Below the pieces are notes generated by a model. The model saw only the letters and a list, made by a program, of their open reading frames with translations. It made no database searches and had not been told where the DNA came from. From Bacillota bacterium (lineage in GTDB: Bacteria; Bacillota; Limnochordia; Darwinibacteriales; DTU012): a stretch of DNA of 64,000 nt. The position numbers and the translations under genes are program-made. Each line of letters opens with the position of its first letter. Position 1 is the first letter of the stretch. This document shows, in pieces, positions 50,187-60,711 of this stretch. Location: the NCBI GenBank assembly GCA_012840925.1, contig DUVS01000029.1, positions 124,202-188,201 of the forward strand. Reading direction: 5' to 3'.

Positions 50187-51130
50187 ATATCCTCCTTAGG
50201 TAAACGCTCGCATACTCGCAGTTTTGCACTTCGTGCTCTTGGATTAACTGCAAGCTCCGCCTTGCTGGCTGTAAGTGGCCTTTTTGTTATCACAGTGACG
50301 AGCTGTCGTTTACCACAGCTGCAGACAGGCATCTCCGGCGGGCAAGTACAGGGATTATTAAGCCTGTTGAAAAATCTCTTGACAATCCGATCTTCTAAAG
50401 AATGAAAAGTGATTACACACAACCGGCCCTTTGGCCGTAACAGTTCCACCACTTTCTCCAACACTTCGGCCAAGGCCCCTAATTCATCATTGACCGCAAT
50501 CCGCAATGCCTGAAATGTACGCTTGGCAGGATGGGGACCATCCATACGGGCCTTTTTCGGAATTGCCGCCTTAATAATGGACACCAATTGACTGGTAGTC
50601 TCGATTGGCTGGCCTTGACGATATGTTTCAATAAACTCTGCTATTCTGGTTGCCCAGCGCTCCTCCCCGTATTCCCTGATAATCCTGGCCAGTTCAGATT
50701 TGGACAGCTTGTTGACGAGATCGTAAGCAGTCAATTCCTGTTCAGGATCCATGCGCATATCCAGCCTTGCATCCTGCTGGTAACTAAAACCACGCTCCGC
50801 TTGATCCAACTGGGGCGATGAAACTCCCAGATCCATCAGAACCCCGTCGACCGCATTAATGTTCAACCTGGAGAGGATATTGTCCAATTTGCGAAAATTG
50901 CCATGGACAAGTTCAACTCTAGCACCAAACTCAGCAAGTCTGCGTCCGGCAGCATCAAGGGCATGAAGATCTTGATCGATTCCAACAACACGACAATCGG
51001 GCTGGGTTTTCAGTATGGCCAGGCTGTGCCCTCCACCCCCAAGGGTACAATCTACATAAACACCCTTAGGTTTGAGGTTCAAACCCCAGATTACCTCATT
51101 AGTCAATACCGGTTGATGTTCAAATTCCAC
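50183..51130 (-). CDS. rsmH: 16S rRNA C1402 N4-methyltransferase
   Basis: HQPVL, DCTLGGGGHS, DLGVSSPQ, LDMRM, FHSLEDR, NPRARSAKLR. Confidence 0.98.
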   Translation of the reverse strand: MEFEHQPVLTNEVIWGLNLKPKGVYVDCTLGGGGHSLAILKTQPDCRVVGIDQDLHALDAAGRRLAEFGARVELVHGNFRKLDNILSRLNINAVDGVLMDLGVSSPQLDQAERGFSYQQDARLDMRMDPEQELTAYDLVNKLSKSELARIIREYGEERWATRIAEFIETYRQGQPIETTSQLVSIIKAAIPKKARMDGPHPAKRTFQALRIAVNDELGALAEVLEKVVELLRPKGRLCVITFHSLEDRIVKRFFNRLNNPCTCPPEMPVCSCGKRQLVTVITKRPLTASKAELAVNPRARSAKLRVCERLPKEDI

Positions 51131-51154
51131 ACCGACTCATCCTTAGTATCAGCC

Positions 51155-51586
51155 CTAAATTCCCAACTCAACGATGTTTTCCGCAATTTCCTCATAAGAC
51201 TCCTCAGCTTGCTGCATATATTCTTCCCAACGATGCCGGCTCCAAATCTCAATCCGGCTCGAGACACCGATCACAACGACGTCCTTCTCAATATCCGCGT
51301 AATCCCGTAAATTCTGGGGGATGTTGATTCTGCCTTGTTTGTCCAACTCACATTCAGTGGCTCCGGAGAAGAAGAACCGCACGAATTGACGCGCCGTCGA
51401 TTTCGTCAACGGTAATGATTTCAGTTTTTCCTCCAGAATGCTCCACTCAGAATGGGGAAATAGGAAAAGACAGTTATCCAAGCCCCGTGTCATAACTCCA
51501 GTTTCACCTAAGACTTCACGGAACTTGGCTGGAATAATCAGTCTTCCTTTGGTGTCCAGTGAATGTTGATACTCGCCCATGAACAT
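51155..51586 (-). CDS. mraZ: Division/cell wall cluster repressor MraZ
   Basis: [27 protein letters not shown]; start moved to ATG 51586. Confidence 0.97.
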   Translation of the reverse strand: MFMGEYQHSLDTKGRLIIPAKFREVLGETGVMTRGLDNCLFLFPHSEWSILEEKLKSLPLTKSTARQFVRFFFSGATECELDKQGRINIPQNLRDYADIEKDVVVIGVSSRIEIWSRHRWEEYMQQAEESYEEIAENIVELGI

Positions 51587-51611
51587 GAGCTTCTCACCTC
51601 TTCGGGCAATC

Positions 51612-51637
51612 CCCCACTTTGCCCCACTATCTACCAC
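51612..51637 (-). promoter_or_regulatory. MraZ-binding direct repeats
   Basis: Three GTGG units at exact 10-bp period (GTGGTAG, GTGGGGC, GTGGGGG) upstream of mraZ. Confidence 0.75.
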
Positions 51638-51685
51638 TTGTTGACATTATTCGGTAAGAATTTAGCGATTCCTGCTTCCTGAAGC

Positions 51686-51724
51686 AAAAAAAATAAAAAA
51701 AAACTCTGATTTGTATCAGAGTTT
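51686..51724 (-). terminator. Intrinsic terminator after rnpB
   Basis: AAACTCTGAT-N4-ATCAGAGTTT then a long T tract on the minus strand. Confidence 0.85.
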
Positions 51725-51759
51725 CCAACTAAAGCCATTTGCGGCTTCATTTTGTCTGC

Positions 51760-52088
51760 TAAGTGAATTTATAAGCCGAGTTCTGTCGAGGATGATCATC
51801 TATCTGGGACACTAGTTACCTAATGTCTCATGCGGCCAACCCGAGAGTATAGCGGAACGGGCAATTCCTTCTCCCCTATTTGGCCTTGCTCCGGATGGGG
51901 TTTACCTAGCCGATTAGTCACCTAGTCGCTGGTGAGCTCTTACCTCACCTTTTCACCCTTACCTGTTCAGGCGGTATGTTTCTGTGGCACTTTCCTTAGG
52001 GTTGCCCCCACTGGGTGTTACCCAGCATCCTGCCCTGTGGAGCTCGGACTTTCCTCAGGAATAATCCCGCGATCATCTAATTCACTTA
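51760..52088 (-). ncRNA. rnpB: RNase P RNA (bacterial type A)
   Basis: GAGGAAAGUCCGAGCUC near the 5' end, GUGCCACAGAAA, ACAGAACUCGGCUUAU at the 3' end; P1 helix UAAGUGAAUU/AAUUCACUUA. Confidence 0.96.
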
Positions 52089-52099
52089 ACAGCACAAAG

Positions 52100-52128
52100 A
52101 GTATATCACATATTTGTCCATCGTGCAA
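52100..52128 (-). promoter_or_regulatory. sigma-A promoter of rnpB
   Basis: TTGCAC-N17-TATACT with TGn extension. Confidence 0.75.
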
Positions 52129-52144
52129 CTGCTGCATGGTGATC

Positions 52145-52342
52145 TTAGCTGCGGGTAGCTCCAAGCAAATCTTTGTAAGTGTCGGCATCCATACCAATAT
52201 CTGCTTTGCGTGTTACGATATCTGACCCCTTCTCCCGAGCACAATCTACACATCTCTTTGTCTGAGGCAAAGCTTGGATCCTCTCCTCGGGAATCTGTTT
52301 TCCGCAGATCACGCACTTCCGTGGAGCCATATCTTTCACCAC
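52145..52342 (-). CDS. Small TraR/DksA-type C4 zinc finger protein
   Basis: CVICGKQIPEERIQALPQTKRCVDC motif. Confidence 0.85.
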   Translation of the reverse strand: MVKDMAPRKCVICGKQIPEERIQALPQTKRCVDCAREKGSDIVTRKADIGMDADTYKDLLGATRS

Positions 52343-52354
52343 CTTGATTGGGAC

Positions 52355-53134
52355 TCAATATCTAAACGGGTCTTCCCCTTCCCAGAGTTCAACCACAGCT
52401 ACGGCCGGCAGTTTTGTCCGCAAGTAAGATGCTACTTTAGTGATCATGATGCTTTCTGTTGCAAAATGGCCAGCATCGATCACCGCAAGCCCCAGTGCTT
52501 CCGCATCCAATGCCGCATGGTACTTGAGATCTCCTGTAATCAGGACGTCAGCCTGCTGTGACCAGGCAGTATAAATCAAATCACTGCCAGATCCGCCACA
52601 AACTGCAATCTTAGTACATTGTCTTTGGGGATCCCCCACATATCTGACATGAGTTTGCCACATTTTGTTCAGTCTCACTGCCAAATCAGCAAGTGATATA
52701 GGATCAAGATATCCGATTCTGCCCAAGCCTAGTTCCTGGCCTGGTTCAGGCTCAAGTATCTTGTGTTTGTGAAGCCCCAGTGATTCTGCCAGCCAGTAAT
52801 TCAAACCGAACTGCGCTCTGTCCAGGTTTGTGTGACAGGCATAAACTGCGATCCCATTGCTCAGCAGTTTTTGGACGATCCGTCCCATAGGCAAGTCAGT
52901 ATCAATAGCATGCAGCGGTTGGAAGATCAACGGATGGTGTGTGATGATTAAGTCAACATCATCTGCGTTAGCCCGTTCAACAGCTTTTTCTGTTATGGTA
53001 AGTGTAACCATAATCCTGTTGACTTCAGCTGTTCTGGAACCAATCTGCAAACCTGAATTGTCCCATGCCAAGGCATGCTCAGGCGGTGCTAGTGCTTCCA
53101 TTACCCTGATACATGTGTCCACTGACACTGACAT
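52355..53134 (-). CDS. Nif3-like dinuclear metal center protein
   Basis: AWDNSGLQIG, ITHHPLIF, HTNLD, GLGRIG, TGDLKYH, DAGHFATE motifs. Confidence 0.95.
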   Translation of the reverse strand: MSVSVDTCIRVMEALAPPEHALAWDNSGLQIGSRTAEVNRIMVTLTITEKAVERANADDVDLIITHHPLIFQPLHAIDTDLPMGRIVQKLLSNGIAVYACHTNLDRAQFGLNYWLAESLGLHKHKILEPEPGQELGLGRIGYLDPISLADLAVRLNKMWQTHVRYVGDPQRQCTKIAVCGGSGSDLIYTAWSQQADVLITGDLKYHAALDAEALGLAVIDAGHFATESIMITKVASYLRTKLPAVAVVELWEGEDPFRY

Positions 53135-53296
53135 GACATCACCTGTTCCCCACCATCTTAGATCTTATGCCAAAACCTGGATCATGTGACAGCCTGCATC
53201 CATTTCATTCCCAATCAATTTATGGTGGCATGATTTGATACTTTTTATATATTTCGACCCCCAATCAGTATATTCCTTCTTCTGGCGGCTTTCGCT

Positions 53297-55075
53297 CTAA
53301 ACCGCATGCAGATACTGGTACTGGATTGTATATAACTGGTGGTAAATTCCCCTCTGTGCCAGTAACTCTTCGTGAGTGCCAACTTCCACGATCTTGCCGT
53401 TGTCCACCACCATGATCCGATCAGCGTTGCGAATGGTGGACAAGCGATGTGCAATTACAAAAGAGGTTCGTCCTTCAAGCAGCTTGTCGATGGCTTTTTG
53501 CAGTAGAATCTCAGTATGGGTATCTACACTTGATGTGGCTTCATCCAGAATCAGGATCTGCGGATTGGCCAAAAGAACTCGGGCGAAACAGATCAACTGC
53601 CGCTGGCCAATGGATAAGCGGGACCCACGCTCATTGACCAGAGTCTCGTAACCTGCCTCCATTTCCTTGATAAAATCGTGGGCGTACACCGCTTTGGCAA
53701 CTTCGATCACTTCCTCATCTTGTGCATCCAGTTTACCATAACGGATATTATCCATCACTGTACCGGAGAAAATGAACGGATCTTGCAGCATGACACCAAT
53801 TTTGGTTCGCAGCGTTTCCAAATCCAAATCTTTGATGTCCTGATCATCGATCAAAATCTGCCCTTGTACAGGATCATAGAATCTGGCCAACAGATTGATA
53901 ATCGTGGATTTTCCGGAACCTGTCTGCCCTACCAGCGCAATGGTTTCACCTGGTTGAACCACAAAATTTATCCCACGCAAGACAGGTTTTTCCGGTTCAT
54001 AATGAAAGTGGACATCCCTAAACTCCACCTTGCCTTTGATCTGCTCCAGTCTTGTCTCGGACAGATTGACTATCTGCGGTTTTTGATCCAGCAGTTCGAA
54101 GATGCGTTCTGATGACGCCATAGCTACCAGCAGCTGGTTGTAGAAATTACTCAGCATTCTCACTGGTGCCCAGAAACGCTCAAGGTACAACGAAAATGAG
54201 ATTACCACACCTGGTGTGACCCCGTCAATCGCTAACAGTTTTGACCCATACCAGTAAACAATAATCGTACCAATGATCGAAACTAAGTGAACTGCAGGGC
54301 CAAAGGCTGAATTAAGGCGGATTGCCCGCATCCAGGAGTTGAACACATCGCCGATCACCTGGTGGAACATGCGATCATTTTCCCTCTGCCGTACAAAAGC
54401 CTGAATCACTTTCATACCGGTAATGTTCTCATGTAAGTATGCATTCATATTGGCTACTTTTTTGCGCATGTCCCGCCAACGCCGCTTGATCTCGTTACGA
54501 GTCAGAACCAGCAGAGTCATAAACAGCGGAGCCGAGGCCAAAGTAACCAATGCCAACTTGGCGTGGATCGCAAACATGGCAACAGCAATTACAATTAATA
54601 CCGATACTTCCGATATAACATTGACAAAACCATTGGTAAACAGTTGATTAAGCGTGTTGACGTCATTGACTATCCGCACCATGACCTTTCCGGCAGAGTT
54701 GTTATCGAAGAAATTCAGGGATAACCCTTGAATGTGATTGAACAAATCGCGCCTTAAATCATAAAGGACATATTGGCCGGTGCGATTGCCGAACTGAATC
54801 TTTAGCCGTGTAAAAATGTAACTGAAAACAACAGCCACAGCGTAAGTCAATGCTACCACAACAAGCAGTCCCACTTTACGGGCTGGAATGAACTCATCAA
54901 CCGACAACTGTACAATATACGGGCTGAAGTTGTCGATAATCGTAGCTGCAAACATCAACAGAATTGTGATTAATACCTGTTTTCGGTATGGCTTAAGGTA
55001 CTGCATCAACCGCTTAAGCTGACCAACATCCAATGCTTTCACATCTGCTTCATCAGTTTTAAAGTTAGCTCGCAC
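53297..55075 (-). CDS. ABC exporter, fused TMD-NBD subunit (canonical Walker B, degenerate signature)
   Basis: TM domain, GQTGSGKST, LSIGQRQ, ILILDEATS, IAHRLSTI. Confidence 0.95.
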   Translation of the reverse strand: MRANFKTDEADVKALDVGQLKRLMQYLKPYRKQVLITILLMFAATIIDNFSPYIVQLSVDEFIPARKVGLLVVVALTYAVAVVFSYIFTRLKIQFGNRTGQYVLYDLRRDLFNHIQGLSLNFFDNNSAGKVMVRIVNDVNTLNQLFTNGFVNVISEVSVLIVIAVAMFAIHAKLALVTLASAPLFMTLLVLTRNEIKRRWRDMRKKVANMNAYLHENITGMKVIQAFVRQRENDRMFHQVIGDVFNSWMRAIRLNSAFGPAVHLVSIIGTIIVYWYGSKLLAIDGVTPGVVISFSLYLERFWAPVRMLSNFYNQLLVAMASSERIFELLDQKPQIVNLSETRLEQIKGKVEFRDVHFHYEPEKPVLRGINFVVQPGETIALVGQTGSGKSTIINLLARFYDPVQGQILIDDQDIKDLDLETLRTKIGVMLQDPFIFSGTVMDNIRYGKLDAQDEEVIEVAKAVYAHDFIKEMEAGYETLVNERGSRLSIGQRQLICFARVLLANPQILILDEATSSVDTHTEILLQKAIDKLLEGRTSFVIAHRLSTIRNADRIMVVDNGKIVEVGTHEELLAQRGIYHQLYTIQYQYLHAV

Positions 55076-56839
55076 TTACCCGATCCTCCCTGACGCCAAC
55101 TCTAATCCGCTGGCATTGTCTTTGTACTCGCGGTACTGCTCTATAAACGTCTGGTAATACCTGCCACCCTGTTCTATGAGCTGCCGGTGGGTGCCTCGCT
55201 CTACTATCCGGCCATGTTCCAACACCAGGATCTGGTCCGCGTCCTTTACCGATGAGATCCGATGGGCAACAACCAAAACAGTCCGTTCCTGCATGATCCC
55301 TTTCAGAGTCTGTTGGATCTGATGCTCAGTTTCCATATCCACACTGGAGGTAGCATCATCCAGGATCAGGATTTTCGGATTGAAAACTATCGCCCGGGCG
55401 ATGGCTATCCGCTGGCGCTGCCCACCTGACAGACCAATTCCCCGCTCTCCTATGATCGTGTCATATCCGTTGGGCATTTCCATGATAAAATCATGGGCGC
55501 CGGCAATTTTCGCCGCCTGCTCAATCTGCTCTCTGGTTGCATCTGGTACAGCGAAAGCAATGTTGTTGGCGATGGTATCGGAAAAAAGAAACGTTTCCTG
55601 AAAGACAATACCAATGTGCTTGCGCAGTTGATTGTAATCGTATTCCTGCACGTCAATCCCGTCAATCATCACTTTCCCGCTGGTACAGTCATAGAACCGG
55701 GCAATCAGATTGAGAATGGTTGTTTTGCCTGAGCCTGTGCTGCCCATAATTGCTGTGGTCGTACCGGGCTTGATCGCAAATGAGATATCTCTTAACACCA
55801 TCTGCTCACCATAGCTAAAATAAACATTTTTAAACTCGATCTGGCTCTTGCAGCTGGTCATGGGCAGAGCATCCGCTTTGTTGGTCAAAATTGTTTCTTG
55901 ATCCATCAGTTCAAAGATTTTCTCCAGCGAAGCCTTCGCGCTTTCCCATTGGTTCACCAACTGGGAAGCATTGTTGATAGGTGCTGAGAGCATTCCTACA
56001 TAGGCGTTGAAGGCAACCAAAGCGCCAAGAGTAATCTGTCCTTGGATCACCAGGTACCCGCCAAGCAAGAGAATAATAACAGTACTCATACCACCAATCA
56101 GCCTGCGCACCGGAATAAAGACTGAGCGAATGTCTGCCGCCTCGATATTGTTCTGATTCCATCTGGTCGCGACTTGATCAAATTTATCCTTCTCGAAATC
56201 CTCACGGCCAAAAGCTTTGACAACCCGAATACCTGTAAGGTTCTCTTGAACTGTTGAACTTAAGTCTTCAAAAGCCACCCTCACCTCGCGGTAAACAGGC
56301 CTCAGGCGCACGGACATGGCGCGCATCGTAAAATAGGTAACTGGGACAATAACTACCAGAGCCAAGGTCATTTTGCCGCTGAAAGAAATCATCATGGCTA
56401 AGGTGGTCACAATTTGAAACAAGCCCTCAAATACTTGAATGTAAAAGGAACTCAGCAACCCTCTAACCGCCTGCAAGTCCCCCACCAGCCGGTTCATCAA
56501 TTCCCCGGTCCTAACCTTGTCATAGTAACTAAATGATTGACTCAGCAGCTTGCGGTACAGATCACTGCGGAAATCGTAGAGAACTTTTTGCGATGTGAAT
56601 TCGAAAATATAACTGCGTAAATATTCAAAGAGGATCCGGACAACGGTGAGGCTGACCAGCACTATGGTCAGTATACCGATTACATCGAACTCACCTGCGA
56701 CAAGGACTCGATCCACTAGTTCCTTGGTGGTTACTGGAATGTATAAGCCGGCGATAACCGCGGCAATAGACAAGGCTGAACCAATAAGATTCAAACCGAG
56801 GTACTTCCGGGAATAGGCGATTAATCGTCTAAAGTGCAT
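55076..56839 (-). CDS. ABC exporter, fused TMD-NBD subunit (canonical signature, degenerate Walker B)
   Basis: TM domain, GSTGSGKTT, LSGGQRQ, ILILDDATS, VAHR. Confidence 0.95.
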   Translation of the reverse strand: MHFRRLIAYSRKYLGLNLIGSALSIAAVIAGLYIPVTTKELVDRVLVAGEFDVIGILTIVLVSLTVVRILFEYLRSYIFEFTSQKVLYDFRSDLYRKLLSQSFSYYDKVRTGELMNRLVGDLQAVRGLLSSFYIQVFEGLFQIVTTLAMMISFSGKMTLALVVIVPVTYFTMRAMSVRLRPVYREVRVAFEDLSSTVQENLTGIRVVKAFGREDFEKDKFDQVATRWNQNNIEAADIRSVFIPVRRLIGGMSTVIILLLGGYLVIQGQITLGALVAFNAYVGMLSAPINNASQLVNQWESAKASLEKIFELMDQETILTNKADALPMTSCKSQIEFKNVYFSYGEQMVLRDISFAIKPGTTTAIMGSTGSGKTTILNLIARFYDCTSGKVMIDGIDVQEYDYNQLRKHIGIVFQETFLFSDTIANNIAFAVPDATREQIEQAAKIAGAHDFIMEMPNGYDTIIGERGIGLSGGQRQRIAIARAIVFNPKILILDDATSSVDMETEHQIQQTLKGIMQERTVLVVAHRISSVKDADQILVLEHGRIVERGTHRQLIEQGGRYYQTFIEQYREYKDNASGLELASGRIG

Positions 56840-57852
56840 TCTGCATAGGCCTCCTTGGCTGATAGATCTCGTACTGAATCACGTTCTACTAACTCTGCAT
56901 CCACGTATATCGTGCGGCACACTTGGACCTTCCCGTTGATTTGATCAAAGAGTGTAGCCACTGCCAGTTGACACACAGTGGGGATATTGGTCTCAAAAGT
57001 TGTCAGTTCAGGAATGGAAATAGTGGACATTTCTGAATTGCCGCTGCCGATTACCGATACTTGATCCGGTACCGCGATTTGGTATTCATGGAGCATTTTA
57101 ATAAGTTTCAAGGCAATCCGATCGGACTGGCAGATAAACGCTGTGGGAAGTTCCCCGGCCGTGACTAGACTCTCCAATCGCCCCGTGAGATCGTCTTTGC
57201 TGTTGAGGACAAACCGGTCATCAACGGTCATACCATGCTTGGCCAAGGCACTCAGCATTCCGTAATACTTCCATTCGCAGCTGTGTGATTGATCTAAGCC
57301 TATGTAGCCAATTCTGGTATGCCCCTTCTTGATCAAGTGTTCTGCAGCTAAGTATCCGATCCGACTGTAATTGAAATAAATATAATTGCATCTTAATGTG
57401 TCATTGCCCCCGTTGATGATGACAAGGTTTGGCACTATTTGCTGCACCTTGTGAGCATACTGGTCCTCAAACTTACCCAGGAGAATTACTCCATCAAACC
57501 TTTGCCCCTTTGTTAAGCTGTTGGGCAGGATCAGTTGGTGCTGTTTTTCAGCCTCGACAAATTCAATGGTCAAGTCGCTTCCCTTCTGATGGACTTCAGC
57601 CTGAACACCTTCCACCAGTTGGCTGAAGTTACTGTGATCGGCTGTGTAACGATGGCGAATTAACAGTAGAATACTTGCTTTCTGGCAGGATTTGCATCTT
57701 TTATAACCCAGCTCTTTCGCTTTGGCAATGATCGTTTGCCTTAATTCATCACTGACACCTGGTTGGTTAGCCAGAGCTCTACTTACCGTAATCGACGATA
57801 CATCCAACAACTCGGCAATTTGGCTGATGGTAACTTTACCCTTTTTGCCCAT
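56821..57852 (-). CDS. LacI family transcriptional regulator
   Basis: TISQIAELLDVSSITVSRAL HTH, hinge KAKELGY, periplasmic-binding-protein-like core; overlaps the ABC gene start. Confidence 0.93.
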   Translation of the reverse strand: MGKKGKVTISQIAELLDVSSITVSRALANQPGVSDELRQTIIAKAKELGYKRCKSCQKASILLLIRHRYTADHSNFSQLVEGVQAEVHQKGSDLTIEFVEAEKQHQLILPNSLTKGQRFDGVILLGKFEDQYAHKVQQIVPNLVIINGGNDTLRCNYIYFNYSRIGYLAAEHLIKKGHTRIGYIGLDQSHSCEWKYYGMLSALAKHGMTVDDRFVLNSKDDLTGRLESLVTAGELPTAFICQSDRIALKLIKMLHEYQIAVPDQVSVIGSGNSEMSTISIPELTTFETNIPTVCQLAVATLFDQINGKVQVCRTIYVDAELVERDSVRDLSAKEAYAECTLDD

Positions 57853-57884
57853 ACCACACCTCCCCCGGTAGATATTTCATATCA

Positions 57885-57913
57885 ATTATACGCTGATAAA
57901 GGATATTAATCAA
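57885..57913 (-). promoter_or_regulatory. sigma-A promoter of the LacI-ABC operon
   Basis: TTGATT-N17-TATAAT. Confidence 0.75.
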
Positions 57914-57914
57914 G

Positions 57915-57955
57915 AAATATAACGTTACATAAGTTGCATTTGTAACGTTATATTT
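57915..57955. promoter_or_regulatory. Double palindromic operator (putative LacI-family sites)
   Basis: 15-bp perfect inverted repeat AAATATAACGTTACA-N11-TGTAACGTTATATTT; each arm holds a TAACGTTA palindrome with a central CG. Confidence 0.65.
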
Positions 57956-57980
57956 TTGTTTCGTTGTCGTAAACAAACAG

Positions 57981-58013
57981 AAAAAAAGATCCCGCCTGCT
58001 GCAGGCTGGGATC
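57981..58013 (-). terminator. Intrinsic terminator after fhs
   Basis: GATCCC(A)GCCTG...CAGGC-GGGATC stem followed by T7 on the minus strand. Confidence 0.75.
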
Positions 58014-58026
58014 GCTGTTTTTTCTC

Positions 58027-59700
58027 CTAAAACAATCCAGTGATTCTACCTGAATCATCGACATCGATTGACTCAGCTGCCGGTCTTTTTGGTAATCCCG
58101 GCATGGTCATTATGTCACCGGTTAAGGCCACAACAAAACCGGCACCTGCCGAAATCCGGACACTGCGCACCGTAATTGTGAAGTTCTTGGGGCGTCCAAG
58201 CTGTTTCGGATCGTCAGTCAGTGAATATTGGGTCTTAGCCATGCAGACGGGAAGATTTTGAAAACCAAGACGCTTGTACCGCTGTAGGTCTCGCTTAGCC
58301 TCGGGCAGAAAATCTACTCCGTCGGCACCGTAAATCTCAGTTGCAATCTTGACTATTTTCTCCTCCAAAGAATCTTCGTCCTGATAAATGAACCGCAAAC
58401 CTGGTTGAGGCAGGTCACACAAAGCCAATACTTCTTGCGCTAACTCGATCCCGCCTGCACCCCCTTGAGCCCACACATCGGATAAGGCTACATTTGCACC
58501 TAGTTCACGACATTTGGCGGTTACCAGAGCAATCTCCGTCTTCGTATCATGGGGAAAACGATTAACGGCTACAACTGCCGGTAACCCAAATTTATCCCTG
58601 ATATTCTCCAGGTGTTTCAACAAATTAGGTATGCCTTTATTCAGCGCATCAAGATCTTCAATCTGAAGATTCTCCAGTTTAGCTCCCCCGTGCAGTTTCA
58701 AGGCTCTAATGGATGCTACGATCACTACCGCTGCCGGTTTCAAACCTCCGAGCCGGCATTTGATGTCGAGGAACTTCTCAGCTCCCAGATCGGCACCGAA
58801 TCCAGCCTCGGTTACCACATAATCAGCCAGCTTCAATGCCATCTTTGTCGCCACGAGACTGTTGCAGCCGTGGGCGATATTGGCAAATGGACCTCCGTGG
58901 ACAAAGGCTGGTGTATGTTCCAGCGTTTGAACCAAATTGGGATTGAGAGCGTCCTTCAATATCGCAGCCATGGCTCCCTGGGCTTTAAGATCTCCGGCTG
59001 TAACTGGTTTGTTGTCATATGTATAGCCCACTATCACCCGGCTGAGCCGGTTTTTCAAGTCAATGATGTTCTCCGCCAAACATAAGATGGCCATAATCTC
59101 AGAGGCAACTGTTATGTCGAAGCCATCCTCCCGAGGCACCCCGTTGCTGCGGCCGTTTAAGCCATCAATAATGTAGCGCAGTTGGCGATCATTCATATCC
59201 ATAGCCCGTTTCCAAACAATCCGCCTGGGATCAATACCTAGTTCGTTGCCCTGGTGAATGTGGTTGTCCAGCATGGCTGCAAGTAAATTGTTGGCAGCGC
59301 CAATGGCATGCATATCCCCTGTAAAATGGAGGTTGATATCCTCCATGGGCACCACTTGCGCATATCCGCCTCCAGCGGCACCACCTTTGACTCCGAACAC
59401 CGGCCCCATGGAAGGCTCCCGCAAAGCAATCACTACGTTCTTGCCCAAGCGCTGCAGAGCATCGCCGAGCCCTACCGTGGTGGTGGTTTTCCCTTCACCG
59501 GCGGGGGTAGGATTGATGGCTGTGACTAGAATCAGTTTCCCGTCCGGACGGTCCTTAAGTTTCTCCATCAAGGCCAGAGAGAGCTTGGCTTTATAGGATC
59601 CATATAACTGCAGATCCTGTGGTTCGATGCCAACTCGGGCAGCCACGTCTACTATCGGTGTCAGTTCTGTTTCTTGAGCAATTTGAATGTCCGTTTTCAT
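58027..59700 (-). CDS. fhs: Formate--tetrahydrofolate ligase
   Basis: MKTDIQIAQ start, [47 protein letters not shown]; start moved to ATG 59700. Confidence 0.98.
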   Translation of the reverse strand: MKTDIQIAQETELTPIVDVAARVGIEPQDLQLYGSYKAKLSLALMEKLKDRPDGKLILVTAINPTPAGEGKTTTTVGLGDALQRLGKNVVIALREPSMGPVFGVKGGAAGGGYAQVVPMEDINLHFTGDMHAIGAANNLLAAMLDNHIHQGNELGIDPRRIVWKRAMDMNDRQLRYIIDGLNGRSNGVPREDGFDITVASEIMAILCLAENIIDLKNRLSRVIVGYTYDNKPVTAGDLKAQGAMAAILKDALNPNLVQTLEHTPAFVHGGPFANIAHGCNSLVATKMALKLADYVVTEAGFGADLGAEKFLDIKCRLGGLKPAAVVIVASIRALKLHGGAKLENLQIEDLDALNKGIPNLLKHLENIRDKFGLPAVVAVNRFPHDTKTEIALVTAKCRELGANVALSDVWAQGGAGGIELAQEVLALCDLPQPGLRFIYQDEDSLEEKIVKIATEIYGADGVDFLPEAKRDLQRYKRLGFQNLPVCMAKTQYSLTDDPKQLGRPKNFTITVRSVRISAGAGFVVALTGDIMTMPGLPKRPAAESIDVDDSGRITGLF

Positions 59701-59722
59701 TCTATCACTCCTATCCGTAAAA

Positions 59723-60562
59723 TCAACGTTCCTCACTCTTACGAGGTTGAAAACTGAAAACAAGCTTTTTGCCGCCGCAAAACAGCAGAACAATTAAGGC
59801 TATGTTCACCAGAACTCCTGTGTACAGCTGTTGAAAAGCGACAATATTGCCGGTAGCCTCGGATAATGGCAGGAAAAACTGGGTCAACGTGCGGTAAACG
59901 CCGTTGAAGACGATGGACCCTACCAGGCTCTTACTGGAATTATAGATCCAGGTTAGAATGATGGACAAGGCAACAGATTCAATAAACAACCAGATCGGTG
60001 AGAGATTCGACTCAACCAAACCACTGAAATAATATGTAGGCAGCTGCCACAATCCCCAAAACAGGCCTATAATAACACTAGCCGAAACAGCGGTGTGGTT
60101 CTGCTGCAATTTCGCAAGCAAGAAGCCTCGCCAGCCGATTTCATCTGTGATAGAACCGAACAACAGCAGGCTTAAGACAAAATTCGGAATCAAGATCAAC
60201 AGATTTCTGGCAGTAACTGAAGCGAGTGATATCTCGTGCATATATACCAGTACAGCCAGAGGAATAAGAACAGCTAGAAAAGCTAACCCAGCAGCCACAG
60301 CCATCCATTTTTGATTGCTGGAAATGGAGAGAATGTCTCTAAATAGTTTTTTAACTGCGTTCTTACCTTCAGTCAACCTGATTAGAACCACAGCTGCCAG
60401 CGCCGGGCCAAAACTGGACAAAATCCTGGCAATGAGAAAAAAGTCTGACTCCAAAGCATTCTCAACATAAACATATGGCAGAAATAAAGCCCATGAAAAG
60501 GCGAAACTGATTACCAGGTACCAGATGGAAGGGTATTTGCTTATCCAGGCCAACTTAGTCAA
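59723..60562 (-). CDS. CPBP/Abi family intramembrane protease
   Basis: [10 protein letters not shown] and FWGLWQLP motifs (variants of EExxxR and HxP), multiple TMs; TTG start behind AAGGAG. Confidence 0.82.
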   Translation of the reverse strand: MTKLAWISKYPSIWYLVISFAFSWALFLPYVYVENALESDFFLIARILSSFGPALAAVVLIRLTEGKNAVKKLFRDILSISSNQKWMAVAAGLAFLAVLIPLAVLVYMHEISLASVTARNLLILIPNFVLSLLLFGSITDEIGWRGFLLAKLQQNHTAVSASVIIGLFWGLWQLPTYYFSGLVESNLSPIWLFIESVALSIILTWIYNSSKSLVGSIVFNGVYRTLTQFFLPLSEATGNIVAFQQLYTGVLVNIALIVLLFCGGKKLVFSFQPRKSEER

Positions 60563-60647
60563 AACAATCGACTCCTTTGTTTGATAATGCCAATTAGAGA
60601 TATACTTATACTTCCCCATCTGGCGTCTTTGTTCCTGTAACCTGCAT

Positions 60648-60688
60648 AAAAAAAAGCAGGATAATTAGAAACCTAATTATCCTGCTTT
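60648..60688. terminator. Terminator after the beta-barrel-like gene
   Basis: 16-bp stem AAAGCAGGATAATTAG / CTAATTATCCTGCTTT with a T tract on the minus strand. Confidence 0.85.
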
Positions 60689-60711
60689 GGTTATCCCGCT
60701 ATGAGTTGATC

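Noticed and set aside
51612-51637. Short tandem repeats as a CRISPR or other array
   Set aside because: Only three 4-6 bp units at 10-bp period, explained by MraZ binding; no cas genes or spacer-repeat pattern anywhere in the window.
53220-53230. attR-like duplication of the tRNA 3' end (ATGGTGG)
   Set aside because: Only about 7 bp identity, expected by chance, and no integrase is present.
58027-59700. Wood-Ljungdahl pathway or syntrophic acetate oxidation inferred from fhs
   Set aside because: fhs is alone, without folD, metF or acs genes; it is also a general one-carbon enzyme.
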